NCBI RefSeq assembly: GCF_009914755.1
Contig: NC_060930.1
Direction: 5' to 3' (one strand)
Origin: the human T2T-CHM13v2.0 reference genome, Homo sapiens
DNA length: 64,000 nucleotides
The notes beneath the pieces are model-generated. The model ran no database searches. It was given only the letters and a program-made list of their open reading frames with translations, and had not been told where the DNA came from. Position 1 is the stretch's first letter. The number at the start of each line of letters is the position of its first letter. Made by a program: the position numbers and the translations under genes. Of this stretch, positions 1 to 13,075 are shown piece after piece.

Positions 1-102
1 CCATGTTGGCCAGACACGTCTCAAACTCCTGACCTCAAGTGATCCACCTGCCTTAGCCTCCCAAAGTGTGGGGATTACAGGTGTGAGCCACTGCACCCAG
101 CC
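1..102 (-). mobile_element. Alu (AluS-like) left arm, cut by the window edge
   Basis: Reverse-complement Alu 5' end: ctcctgacctcaagtgatccacctgccttagcctcccaaagtgtggggattacaggtgtgagccactgcacccagcc. Confidence 0.95.
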
Positions 103-1179
103 TGAAAAGACCTATTTTTTAGAAGGAAAGAGGCGAGGGAAACTTTTATGTCCTTGGGAAAACAAGGGAAGGCTTGACATAGGAGATATTCCGTAACATT
201 CAAGAACTTTCAGTTTTCTCATGCCAAAGCAAAAACAACTCTAACTGAAGAAGCCGGTGCATTTAATCTGTCACATTCATTGTCTCTCTGATGTGGTGTT
301 GGGGATAAATCCTCGGGGAGGCCATTCCCTTTGTTTTCCCCCATGAATTCTCTGATGTTGGGGAACACATGTGCTTTAGGTGAAGGTGCTTCCCATGTTG
401 ATTCTATTTAAGGAATTCAATATGGTTTTGAGTGACATCTAGATAGTTCTCTTTTCTGTCCTTTTCAGAATCAGAGAAGGGTAGAAACAAAGCAAGGAGC
501 AAGCTGTTTCAGGATAGTAATGGGATAGGGACCGAAGTGCCACAGCAAAGATGATGTGGCCCAGGGAGAATTACATTTCTATGAATTGATGAGAATGAAA
601 GGGCGGAAGAAGAGAGGTAAAAGAGCGTTCAATTTGACTTTGGTTTGCCTTGGATACCTTAGTCCTCTTGGTCTCAGGCACTTTTTTGAATCAGATGCAT
701 CCAATGCGTCTCTTCCCATGATCCCCCCTGCACCTTTTCTTAGTGAAGACAACACCTCCAATGATCTAATCTGGCAAAAAGTGTCTCCCTGTTGGGCATT
801 TTTGTCCCTGGGTAATTTTGATCTGAGCATAAAAATACCAGCAGGCCTGCTGTTTCCATAGACAAACCAGATGACCAACACAAAGTAAGGGGCTCAGGAG
901 CAGGCATAACGTGGAAGAGAATAGAAAGCTTCATTTGGTTATCATAACCACTCTTTCTTTCTACTCTCAAAGCCACTGGCACGTAATCTGTCAACATATG
1001 CAGAAGTTATTTATTTCTCAAATGGACTTATATCCAGATTTGAAAAGAGTTGAGTTTTAGTATAAATAGATCAACAATTCTTGAATGTAGTTCTATTAGA
1101 GAACTCCACCAGAAGATATTATTATTTATTCAGCTTTGAGTTAAATGCAGGAAAGGTAGCAGCAAGCTGTCTACACCAG

Positions 1180-1290
1180 AAACCAGAAATCTTGAGTTCT
1201 CTGTGTGATCAGGAGCTTCTTGACCTCATCTATAAAATGAAAGAATGAGCTTGCTGTTTCCAAAGCTTACCTTTAGTCCTAGCATTACAT
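1180..1290 (+). mobile_element. Degenerate MIR fragment
   Basis: MIR core-like cttgagttct...ctgtgtgatc...cctcatctataaaatga. Confidence 0.45.
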
Positions 1291-4200
1291 AAGTAAAATA
1301 TTTAGATATCAGATAACTTGGGTGGTGGCCAATTTTTATGCTGAAAATCTAGCAGAATTATTATAAATACAAGTTTTCTTAATTTAAGAAAAAGGAATCA
1401 TTGGTATTATTTTGGATCTGCTAATTTAGTAACCTAATTTATGAACCTAACCAATTACTAATGATGACTTTAAGGTTTTTGTAGGATTATGATAATAATG
1501 TGAATGAAACTCTACTAGCTCATGGTCTTAAAGTTTTGTATAAACAGTTTTGGCATATCTTATCTATTTTATGATCTACAATAGACAACTTAATCCTATT
1601 ATGACAAGAAGTAGTTGGCAGCTTGAAATATGCATTTAGGAACCTAAATCAGGAGCTTGGCACTAAAAATCAGGTATGTGAAGAATCAAGTGTAATATGA
1701 GGTTCTAAATATAGAAATTTGTTCACTAATAAGGTCTAAAGCTTGGAAATTAGGCCAGCGTTGTGCTTTACAAGCTAAATAGCTACAGTTAAAGCCAAAA
1801 TTGGGAACTTTGGGCAAACATTTAGATGCTGCTGCTGCTTTGAAGTTTAGAAAAATGATATGAATAACTACAAACGAATGTCACATTGATTTTTATTTGA
1901 GTTAATTATCAACTTTTCAACATGTTTTTCTTTTTATATATACAGTATTTTGAGTGAGTAATAGTCTGAATAGTTACAGAACTTTTTTTTCTTAACTTGT
2001 AGGTATGGAAGTCTCAGTTTTTAATTAACTATATATATATATTATAATTTTATAAAGAAAATAATTTGCAAGTATTTGGGAGGGTAAGTAAGTGGTAATA
2101 TTTCTTATTAAAATCTTATTGGTAGAGAATATAGGAAAAATTAGATGTATAGAGAGCAATCTGTTTGCTCTTGGAAGACAAATATTTATGATTTTATTAT
2201 AAGATGTAAATTTTCATGACTGGAAAATATGAGAATAAAATTATTTATATCAAGATTCTTCAACCAGTAGAGTATAGGATAATCCAGCCTGTGCACCAGG
2301 CTTAGAAACCATGTAATACAGTTATATATGCAACATGAAATTTTTAATCAGAAATCTCTGGATTTAAATATCTAGAAGACATTTGCTATTTTCTAGTTAT
2401 TAACTTTTAAGTATTTATTTTGTATATAGAAAATATGTGCATGCATACATAATTAGGTTTGATCTGTGCCATCTTACTCTGTATTTTCTGTGCGTTCTTG
2501 AATGCTTAATACTTGGGCCACATTGCACACCATGGACTTAAGTCCTAGCATTGTTTCACTAAACTTAATAGGACATTCTTAGAGAGAAAAGTGGGCACTT
2601 CTGTCCAGACAATGGGAATCATAGTTTTCAAACAACTTAGCAATGGTGTCATTAGGGGGATGTTAACTGCCAAATACCATTTAAGACATACTTTTCATTT
2701 GCTCTGAAAAAGTTGCAGTGCTTTGAAAGTCCTTCCAGATTTCTTTAAATGAAATCCAGAATACATTAAATTAGAACCATTCCTTAGAGGACTTGATTAC
2801 ATACTGATTTTTTAGCAAAGTATAAAGATTAAGCCAACTTTGAGACTTGTAAAGAAAGCACTCTTATTTTAAATAATTGTCTAAAGGTGAAAAGAACCAC
2901 CTAAATGCACCCTCGCGTATCTACTAGATAGACTGGTTTAGGCACTTATTTTATTTCCAAATTGCGTGTCTGTGGTGTATGACCTCAAAGCACCAGCTAC
3001 CTTGGATTGCTAATAGTCTTCAGGCTGAAACTGGGTGTCATCAGGCAGAGTGCTCTCCACTTTGGAATTTGCTCTCCATTGAGCAAGCCAAACCAGAGTG
3101 TGGTGACCCTGGAGCATGGGGCAAGGCCCATTTATTTACTCAGATTCTGCCTTGGGGCTGAATTCATGAATGAGTGATATTTTGTTTGGGACACAGTAGA
3201 AGATGATGAAGTCTAATCCATTTTATCAATATGTTCATGATTCTATTTGTGCGTCTGTGTTTTGTTATTTTAGGTGTTAGTTGTTACGACCTGAAGCATG
3301 TGCGTATTTTGATCACTATGCTCTTTTGCAAGGGCAGATTTGAAGAGCACATGCTTCCATAAAGTGAGAAAAAGTTTCCTCTTAGGTGGATTCATTCTTT
3401 TCTTTCTGTTGAGTGAAATGGTCTGCTTTTCGGGGCTGCAGGTGTTTAATGCCCATATTTTCCTTTTCTATTCTGGTAGATATTTAAAAACCTTTAAAAT
3501 AAAATTCCATCATAGAATGAAGACTTGCCTGTAATAAACCCTATCCTTAAATTTGCTTTTTAATAATGTGGAATGCTGACTCTGGCACCAGTTCTAAGTT
3601 GGTCTTTTTCATAAACTAGTAAAAGAATTGTTTCTGAGGCTGACCTTTTTATAAGAGCATGTTAGCATACATGTTGGTATGTATTTCCACGTACAAATTT
3701 GGATTAATTAAGCTTAAAATTTAATTTGCATTTTCAGGAAAGTTTTGAAATTTTGATTTTGAAATAATGTCTCTCTTTGAAAATCTTGATGATTTAAGGT
3801 TATTATTTCCATAGCTTTTCCGGGAGAAAAAGTAGTTACTATGACCCACATTTTATGGATGATAGGGAAAGAATTCCCATTCTTTTTGATCAAATGAGTT
3901 AGTGGAGGCCACAAAAGCCAGCCCCACTTCTTGCCAGGGTTATAATTCCCAAGGGTGCAGCTTTTAATTCTGACTAAGAACAATGGCCTAAAAATAAATT
4001 AGAGCAACACCTAAAATATTATATGTGAATAACTATTTTGGATCTAAATTCCAAGTTCTTTTTACATTAAAAACACAATGCCTAATGGTTCATAGTTGAG
4101 GAAGAGGATTAAGCCGCTTTCTCAAATTTGTTTTACTCCTTTGTGGCTTTAAACCAATCCCTTAATAGGATTTAATTGTGACTTTGACAATTAAGCTTTC

Positions 4201-4600
4201 CATGTAATGAAAGGCCAGTGGTTGTTTTGGAAAAAGATAAGTGTTATAGGGGGTATTACCTTTGGAAGTTTATGAGTCTAAAAGTCAACGTAATAAAACA
4301 TTGCAGTCTTAGAGGGAGCCTATGTAAATGTGTTGCTACAGTAGTTAAGTATATAAATGACTTTTCTACTTATATAGACTTCTGCACAGCTCTTATTTAT
4401 AGCATACAAATATATATTTACCAAAGAGAACTTTAAGAATATATCAGGCCTGGGAACTTTTACTTTCATTGTTTAAATAAATAAATAAATATATATATAA
4501 ATTACATATATTATTTTTTGTTTGGGTTATTGGTTTATAGTTGCTTCTATGCATGTCTATTTGTTTTCTTTTAAAAAGAATTTTGCAATATTTTTGCACC

Positions 4601-4670
4601 ATATATACTTTATATATATAGTTTATATATATAGTTTATATGTATAGTTTATATATATAGTTTATATGTG

Positions 4671-4713
<43 letters not shown>
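4601..4713. repeat. Compound microsatellite: (TATATATAGTT)n-like units followed by (TA)n and (TG)n
   Basis: Directly visible repeat units. Confidence 0.95.
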
Positions 4714-4715
<2 letters not shown>

Positions 4716-5721
4716 AAAACAAATGACCTTGATTCAGAAAATTATATTAGCACTGTCAGAATTAGCCTTTGGTATATTATTTAAATAGATAGTCTATATT
4801 TCCATGAAGAATGGATTTAATACTTGAATAACTTTAAAAATGGAGTCGAAAAACCCAATAATCTCTTCCCCTAAATTCTACAAATAGAAATCCTTATGCT
4901 GTCACCATAAATGGCTTTCCCCACCAAGGGCAAGCCTGCTATGTAGAAGAAACGCTACATTATATTTTTAAGAAATTGTTTTAGAAAGAAAATCATTTTG
5001 TTTTCTCAATGTCCATGATATGTAACATGCCATTCTGTTTTAAAACCTAACAACATCTCAACCAATCTCAAGATCAGTTATTAAAGCTTGTCCTGTCTGT
5101 CATGAGCTAGTGTTACCTCTTGCAATGTGGCTGGACAGCATTCTTATTCTCACTTATAAAGTGAGATAGAATATTCAGTTCCTCCTGAACACTTTTTTCT
5201 TTTTTTTTTTTTTTAATAATAGAGAGTAGGTTGGCAACGATAGGGGAATGTGCATACAGATGTCAATTTGGGTGTTATTTTAATCACCTCCCTTAGGATG
5301 AATATAATCCGTTAGAGATTTATGTAGGTGCACGTGTGAGTGTATGAGATTGTATGACATTTTTTACTCAGATCTATTTTATTATGAAAAAAAATCTTGC
5401 AAATGTGTAAATTGCATTGAACACTGCCCGGTCCTCTTCCTTCCTCTCCCTTCTTTTCCTACACTCATCAATGACCCAATTTATGAACATGCAAGCTGGT
5501 ATTCCTTTTGGTCTATATTCTTACTTAGAAAAGAGAGATCACAAATGCATCAGCATAGACAAACTGCTGTAATCAGTAAAGTTGGAAGCTGACACACTTA
5601 TAGAGTCCTGCTTGCCAAAAATAGGATTTCATTTGTACTGGAATTTTTTCCCCTGAACCAGTTTTGCCAATGCTGTAGTAAATGACAACTTTGGGAATGC
5701 AGGATTGGGAAACACGATGTT

Positions 5722-5735
5722 TCAGTAGGTGGCGC
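5722..5735 (+). promoter_or_regulatory. Candidate CTCF binding site
   Basis: TCAGTAGGTGGCGC matches the CTCF core CCASYAGRKGGCRS at 13/14 positions and lies in a CpG-retaining patch (8 CpGs in 5715-5889). Confidence 0.6.
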
Positions 5736-5925
5736 TTCAACACAGCCCACCTGCTCGAGGGCTTACGTGAGTGCTCAACTTTCTAATACCTGTGGTGCAT
5801 CAAAGAGGCTTGGCCCAGTTTGTTAACATCGCAGCCAGACTGTTGTCTCAGGCAATAACGACGTCAAATGCAGCTGAAACATCTAGGCGGGAAGGACTGT
5901 TACTGTAGGTCACTGGTAATTATTT

Positions 5926-5957
5926 TCACACACACACACACACACGCACACACACAC
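5926..5957. repeat. (CA)n microsatellite
   Basis: Directly visible. Confidence 0.95.
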
Positions 5958-8900
5958 CTTCATACATACCTACACTAGCTCTACTTCTAAAATTAAAAGC
6001 CAGAGAGAGCCAGTCTCAAAATGTCAATCATACTGCAATAATTTCAGCTTCTTATTTATTTTTTGTTTGGGTTATTGGTCTATAGTTGCTTATTGTCTGT
6101 TTTCTTTTAAAAAGAATTTTGCAATATTTTTGCACCATTAGTTCTTAGTAAACAAAAAGATTTTCTCTTTCAAATAATATTACTATTTAAATAAAATAAA
6201 AGAGTATACAGAAATACCAAAAGTTCATTTTTAAAAATTCAGTAAAAGAAACCATCTGCAGTGAGGCTCCCTAACATGCCTGTAAATTGACATAAACCAG
6301 GATGATTAAGTGGATGATAAGCCACATGTCATTGACAAACAGGAATAGAGATGCCTGGAGAGAAATGTACTATAAAGGGCTTCACTGCACCAAGAAAGCT
6401 CCCTATGGTCCATTGACCTAAAGATATCTGCAAACTTCATCCAAGAGAAGATGAAGAAGGAGACTAGAATACTTTACAATAACTAGAGACTCATCTTTGA
6501 AAAGATGAGAAACTGACTAGTATTTTTTTTCCTGATCTGTCAACCAACATTCAGAGTTCAGAATATCACAGGTATTTTAGATTGTTATGTAATTTGCTAA
6601 TGTTTTATTGAAATCTTCTAAATATACAATAAATAAATTTCCATAGAAAATACTGTATATTAGGAGGGTTCATTCTGCTTTTCTTTGCCTTTCAATCTGC
6701 TGCTTTTATATAAATTGAAATACACATTTTCAGAAGAGTTAGTAAATATAACTTGCATTTAAAAAGTATTCTTTAGTATATCATATTGATATGAAAACTT
6801 TATATATAAAGTAATGGCATTTGTAATTGGTATAAAAACAACCCAATTAAATGCATGAAATAAAAGAATAAAAATGCTTTCTGTTTCTCCTAGATCATCT
6901 GTTGTTTATTCTATAATTCATGGACACCTAAAAAATGAACAGAAAGATACATTTTGGGTTCTTATATAGTTCTAAAAAGCTTTCAGATAATAAAGCATAG
7001 TAATATAATTTTTTAAACGATCAGGGATTAAAATATTGAACACAATTTTTTCCTCCTGAAAAAGGCTGATAGAAAAAAAGCATCAGCTGGCTTTCTTCTT
7101 TTGTCTATAATTCTTGATGGAATTATAGATTTAGAAGAAATAAACACAAATTGAATTTTTAAATTCCTTTCTCCCCAAAACCACAGTGTGTATCACTGCT
7201 ATGATGTAAGTTTTAGTTTTTGTTTTTTTTTAAGAAACATATCTTTCCTATATGCATCTATTAGACTTGGATACTTGCTCTCTCTTTCTGCATATTTTAA
7301 AGCTTCCCTATGAAGAAGAAGGAAAAGGGCCCTCTAAAATTTCACATCTTTGTTATTAGAATATATTGACATCCCTTGCTTCGTTGACTTTTTATTACAG
7401 TCCGGAGGAAAAAAAAAAAAAACAAACGATTGTCAGTGTCAGCTCAGCTCTTTGTTGTGATTCCAAGTGAAGATTTTTGGCATTTTCTCTTTGCTTTCAG
7501 CTTTGTGGATTTTCTTTTTCACTCTATCTTATTTTCAGTGGAAGTCAGGTTAAAGACAAACTTGAAAGCTTTAGGATTATTATTTTTCCTTTTCCATAGG
7601 CTTTGGCCCACAAAATGCCAACATAAAAGATAGCTTTGCATCAGGCTCCCTTGGCCACTGGGTCCTCCGCTGAGGCCCTGGCATCTGTCAGCGAGGAACA
7701 CTTCAATCTGGGCTCCCTGCTGAGCTGAGATGTGGCTGCCTCCCCCAATAAAGGGCCACACCGCTCCTGAGCCAAAGCATGGGACCATCTGATGCGAGTC
7801 TGGCCTAATGAAAGTCCAGCATGGGGCTAAATGAGTTTCTACCACTGCTGGGTGAGGGGCTAATGATAAAACAGCTCCCTGGGCTCACTGCTGCTGTTGG
7901 TATCTTTGTCAGGGCATATGGCAGTTGGCTGAATGCCTTACTTGTGAGATTTCCTAGCAGATTTATCCTGAGAATGTGTTATATCTTCCCTTCTCCACCT
8001 CCCTTTGGCCTCCTCTTCAGCTCTTCTGTACTCTTGAGGGTCTCCTGATTGTTGGGCCATAAAGACTCTCTTTTTATTTTGTAAAATTGTGAATTAAAAA
8101 AAAAAACTTGGATGGCAAAACAGAAAAATGGAAGAGATAATGATATTGACTTACATCCAGTGGGTGGTTTTATTTCCTTTGGAACATTATAAGCTAAAAG
8201 CATAAATTTCACAAGCCAGAGAAACAATCAGCTTGAAACTTGTTGAATACAGTAATGCTACTCAAAATTTTCTTTATCATGTGCTCTTTCCTTCTTTCTT
8301 TCTTCCAATGTACAATCCATCACTTCTATAATGTATTTAGGAATTTATAATAAATGATAAATAAGTGATTTCAAAACTTTTTCATTACCAACATTTTCCA
8401 GTTGATTTAATTAAATACTATACAGAAAAAAAAGTTTCTTTGGTTTACTCACTATCCTTGTCCTTAGTATCCTGAGAGAAGACACATTTTGGGAGATTCT
8501 AATTTATGGGTGCATTGCATAGGCCAGTTTTTTTTTTTTTTTTTTGGATATGTTTTGGTTTGATGTATGTAGATTTAGAGCACAATTTGAATTGCTATGG
8601 GAAAGTGCCTACAATAAAAACTAAAGCAATCTTCCAAATCCTAGAAACATTTCAAAAATGTATGTCCTACTCTTTTTACATTTATAAGTTCCTTAAAAAT
8701 AAATAAATACTTCGATGCCAATTCTGATATTTTAATATTGCCAGCATATTATTGTATCTGAATTTGGTTTGTTTGATTCTGTGATTTGTTTTTAGATACA
8801 TTCTTATTGCTCTTGTTAGTTTACAAGTAGATTAAAATTGATGATAAAAGGGCACGATCATGAAAGCTTTATATAATGGTATATTTTATTCTTTATATTG

Positions 8901-9864
8901 GAAAGTCACACATCTAAGAGCAGCAGGGTTATGCAGGAAGGTCCTAAAACTTAGATATTTTTAAATGTAAAGGTCATGATTTCGGCTCTTTTTGCTAAGG
9001 TGCCTCTTTCTCTGTCACTGTCATTCAACTTACGTTTCTGTCAGAAATCTCCAGGACTTAAATACAATGTGAAATTTGCACAGCTGCAAGAAATAGCCCA
9101 TTCTAATCTAAATATAAGTGATCCTTTCATAAACTTGTTCTGAAGAATTCTAAATGAAATCTCTTAAAAATCACATGTTTCTTACTGAATGAACCCATTT
9201 GCGTGGAGAGGTTCCACATGGGCCCCAGGTGGTCCCCCGTGTCGGCCACGCGGTCAGTGATATGATCTAAATGAGATTGTTTTCTTGTAAATCGCATGCT
9301 GCAGAAATACCATCACGTTCCACATGCGGTATGCCCCATTTTAATTTATTCCCATGACAAAAACTCCATTAATATAATTTTGGAACAAAGTGAAAATGAT
9401 AGGAATTTTCTGTGTCACAGAGAAACTAAGCCTGCTTTTTTCTTAAGGAAATACTGCTTTAAAAATGCAAGAAAATCCAGTTGCTAATTTAAAGAAATTC
9501 TTCTTAGTGCAAACATTATTCAAAGTATTTTCAAATCTGCAGTATTGAAATAAATTATAATATTTTCCCCATATTTTTATATGTTACTTTGTAAGCTGTC
9601 TTCACATTTTTAAAATCTGTATCTGTTGGCGTTCCCTAATAAACATATTAAAATATTTTTATATGCTAGTATTTTTGAGGCTTGCCGTGAACCAAAACTA
9701 CACCTCTCATTTGGCAATTCCAAGTGTACATTATTACAGGATTCCCTACTTCCAGACAAATATGAGAGAATATGGAATAATGAAAGAATTATGTACTAAA
9801 AAGTCAAGAAGCCTGAATTATCACAATTCTGTCACTTCATAGGAACATAGCCCTTTCGATTAAA

Positions 9865-10045
9865 AATTATAATAGCCACACATTTGCTGATCCATCGTGT
9901 GTCAGGTACTTTATCCCCCCTCCATGATTTTCTTTTATTCGCATAGAGTCACTGAGGTTTAGAGAACTTTAGAAACACATCCGGAGTGTCACAGATAGTA
10001 GGAGACACAACAGAGCTTCAAAACTTCATCACTTCAGACATTGAA
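9865..10045 (-). mobile_element. MIR
   Basis: aataatagccacacatttgctga...tgtgtcaggtact...actgaggtttagaga...gtcacagatagtag resembles reverse MIR. Confidence 0.65.
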
Positions 10046-10397
10046 ATCATCAAAATGTATTCTCATTCCACCTTCAAACTTTTTTTACTCTCTCAGAACC
10101 ACAATTGTGGACTAGGAAAATTTGAGATCTAAACTAGAAAGTTTTGGCTTTTATCTCAGCTATAAAATTCTGCTGTAATTGGCAACATAATGCAGTGAGT
10201 GGTGCTGTCATTGGATGAAAGAGTAACTCAAGTCATGGGATGGAACTAAGCCATGTAGAGAGTGTAAGAGTGAGATTAGCAATGAACCACTAAATCACTG
10301 GAATCTTGGTAGTGTAATCATTAGTACTGACTACTTGTAGAGTATTTGGGAACTTGTTAGCTACTGATGCTCTTTGAATTTGCCTGTCTAGGAGAAG

Positions 10398-10485
10398 TAA
10401 AAAGAAAAAAGAAAGAAAGGAGAACAAATGAAAGAAAAGGAATAAAAAGAAAAGAAAAGGAAAGGAAAGAATAGAAGATAGAAAA
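10398..10485. repeat. Purine-rich (GAAAA)n low-complexity tract
   Basis: Directly visible. Confidence 0.85.
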
Positions 10486-12909
10486 CCCCAGTGTTCGTTA
10501 ATATAGACCTGCTTCTCCTGATTTGATCATACCCTTCCAAAATATTGGCTTCACAAATAAAAAAGCTTCTATTCTATAATTACAGAAAACATCAGTAGAT
10601 TTGAAAGGAGACATGGATTTTCTTTTAGTGAAATCATGTTTTTATGTCCACCTACTAATCAACTAGGTTCCCAAAACAACTTTGTGCAAAGCTGCTAAAC
10701 AAAAAATTACAGAGGCTATCTGTAATCTTCTTTCCTCTTGCCAAGCTACTTCTTGATAACTTATGGAACCATGCAATTGCCCCATTAGATAATTGGTGTG
10801 TTTTTAGTGTGTATTGGCTATCAATATGGAGAACTGAAATATGGGTTAGTATTCTGTTAAACTGGAAGAAAAAACAAGTTCATACATGTCTTCTATCTCT
10901 AATTCATAATATAAATGAATACATATATTTAATAAAATATTTATTAAATATTTTAAATAAGTATTTAATAAAGTAAATATCTGAATAGCTTGGCAAGGTC
11001 TTTTATACATAAACCATATAGCTAATATAATACATATTAATAATAATATAATACATAAAATTATATATGTTGAGTTGGGATTAATTTTAGTATTTATCTT
11101 TCAGTATCTAAAGAGGTACTTTTCCCTCAAAGTAATTTTGTATTCATAATATTTATTTCATAAATAAATAAATGGACAAATAAAATAGATTTTAATTATA
11201 TGTGTGCGCATATATATATATGTATATATACTTGGAATTCTAAAGAAACAATTTCATGATTGTTGGTATCCAGTAAATTGTACACACACTAGTTTTTAAG
11301 TTTTTAATTTTCCAGCATTCCTGCACTTAAGAAGAAAATATCATAGGTTTTGAAACCATAGCTTCAAGAACTTTAGATGTGTTAACCAAGGAAAGGTGTA
11401 ATTTGCTATATCTATCTATCTATCTACCTAAGCTATGTTTACATTTAATATGTCAAGTCCCAGTTGGTTTAAGTTCTCCTGCTCATTCCAATGGTGGTGT
11501 TTTTTCCTCAAGCAGAACATTTGCAGGGACTCCTAATTTGCAAGAAAAATAAACTATGTAGTTTGCAGTTCACGAACATTTTTAAATGCAAGGGAATCGC
11601 TGATGAAACAGAAGATAAAAATACATAGAATTGACTCATAATGTAGAAGGGAGGAACGCGTGAATAATATATTACTTTATGCTATGTAAGTGCTGAAGGA
11701 ACATGAATGTATTTCGTGGAAAATGTACAGGTGCTTACATAAAAGTACATTTTTAGCTGACAGCAGTAGAGAAATATGTTAATCTAGCAGATGTGAACTT
11801 GGAGCAATTTATTTTGGATCAATAACACTAAGCGATATCAATAAATCAGATTGAAGTGATTTTAGACTAGCTGTGTGACCTGCTACTCAGATGGCACAAA
11901 ACTCCTCTTACCTGTCCCTTGTACCAAGGCAGGAGGGAACACGTAGAGACATGGAAGACAGGGCAAGTTTCAAAACCAAAGACATTAAAAAGGAGTTTTG
12001 GAACACACCTTCATTATTCAGAAGTGTATTTAATGATCATACCCTATAACTCTATATTTTGGCTACAAGTGTCTATAGTAACTCCTACAGATTGCATTTT
12101 TCCTATTATTTTTAATTATCTTCTTGAGAAACAAGTTTACTGCTGCCCAGACAGATCGAAACAAAATTATTATTTGGCAGATTGCCAAATATGAATTACT
12201 AGTCAAAATTTTTCTTTCTATTAAGAGTCTTTAAGAAAGTTCCAAATATTTTTCTTGTTTATGAGGAAAATTGTTTTTTATTATTGATTAGTGTATACCA
12301 AAATTCACTGGAATATCTATTTTTAAACACTTTTTAAAACATACCACAATTGTTTGTTTTAAAAATTCCACATATTACTTTAGGTATGGAACACTACATT
12401 TTGCTTTCAGCCAAAAATGTTAAGACATTTACAAACATTAACAATTTTTTATGCCTCCAAATAGCCATCACATCACTCTGGGACATGGAAATATTATATT
12501 TGCTATTTATAAGTGGAGTGATTTCATCATTTATGTTTATTAATTGGTGATATTTCATGGCCTGAAAAACTAAGACTTCATTACATCTCATTTGGAATTT
12601 CATCAGGTCTCTTTGTAGTCAAAATATTAAACTCATTCTAGGCATTAGGCTTTATAGTCACAAGTATAATGTTAATGTGTTTTAGTAGTGCTGTAAGCAC
12701 AGCCTATATGAGTAGTAGTGAAATACTTCTCAAAATCAGGTTAAAATAGCCACATTTTACCTCCACTCATCATGCTCATAACTCCAACCTACTTTCCAGA
12801 GGGGTAGTGAACGAATACTCATTAAAAACTATGAAAAAAAAAAAGGCCTTGTAGTTATACCTGGCAAGATGCAGTTATAACTACAAAATCTTTAACACAA
12901 ATACAGGTC

Positions 12910-13075
12910 AATTAGCACTTATATAGTGTTGTACAATCATCAGCTTATATAAAAACATCCTTACAAGCTAGGTATTATTGCCCCATCTCACATCCATTGA
13001 AAACTAAGAAAGGCATTTGCTCAGTGTCACCCTGAAGAGGCAGCATAATTTTGGTTCCTAGCCTTCTTGAGGCTA
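12910..13075 (-). mobile_element. MIR
   Basis: aggtattattgccccat...gaaaactaag...tttgctcagtgtcac resembles the reverse MIR core. Confidence 0.55.

Noticed and set aside
556-997. Overlapping ~85-101 aa ORFs on both strands
   Set aside because: No recognisable domain or exon structure; consistent with chance ORFs
10925-10951. AT-only 12-bp-stem hairpin
   Set aside because: Low-complexity AT sequence produces such inverted repeats often by chance
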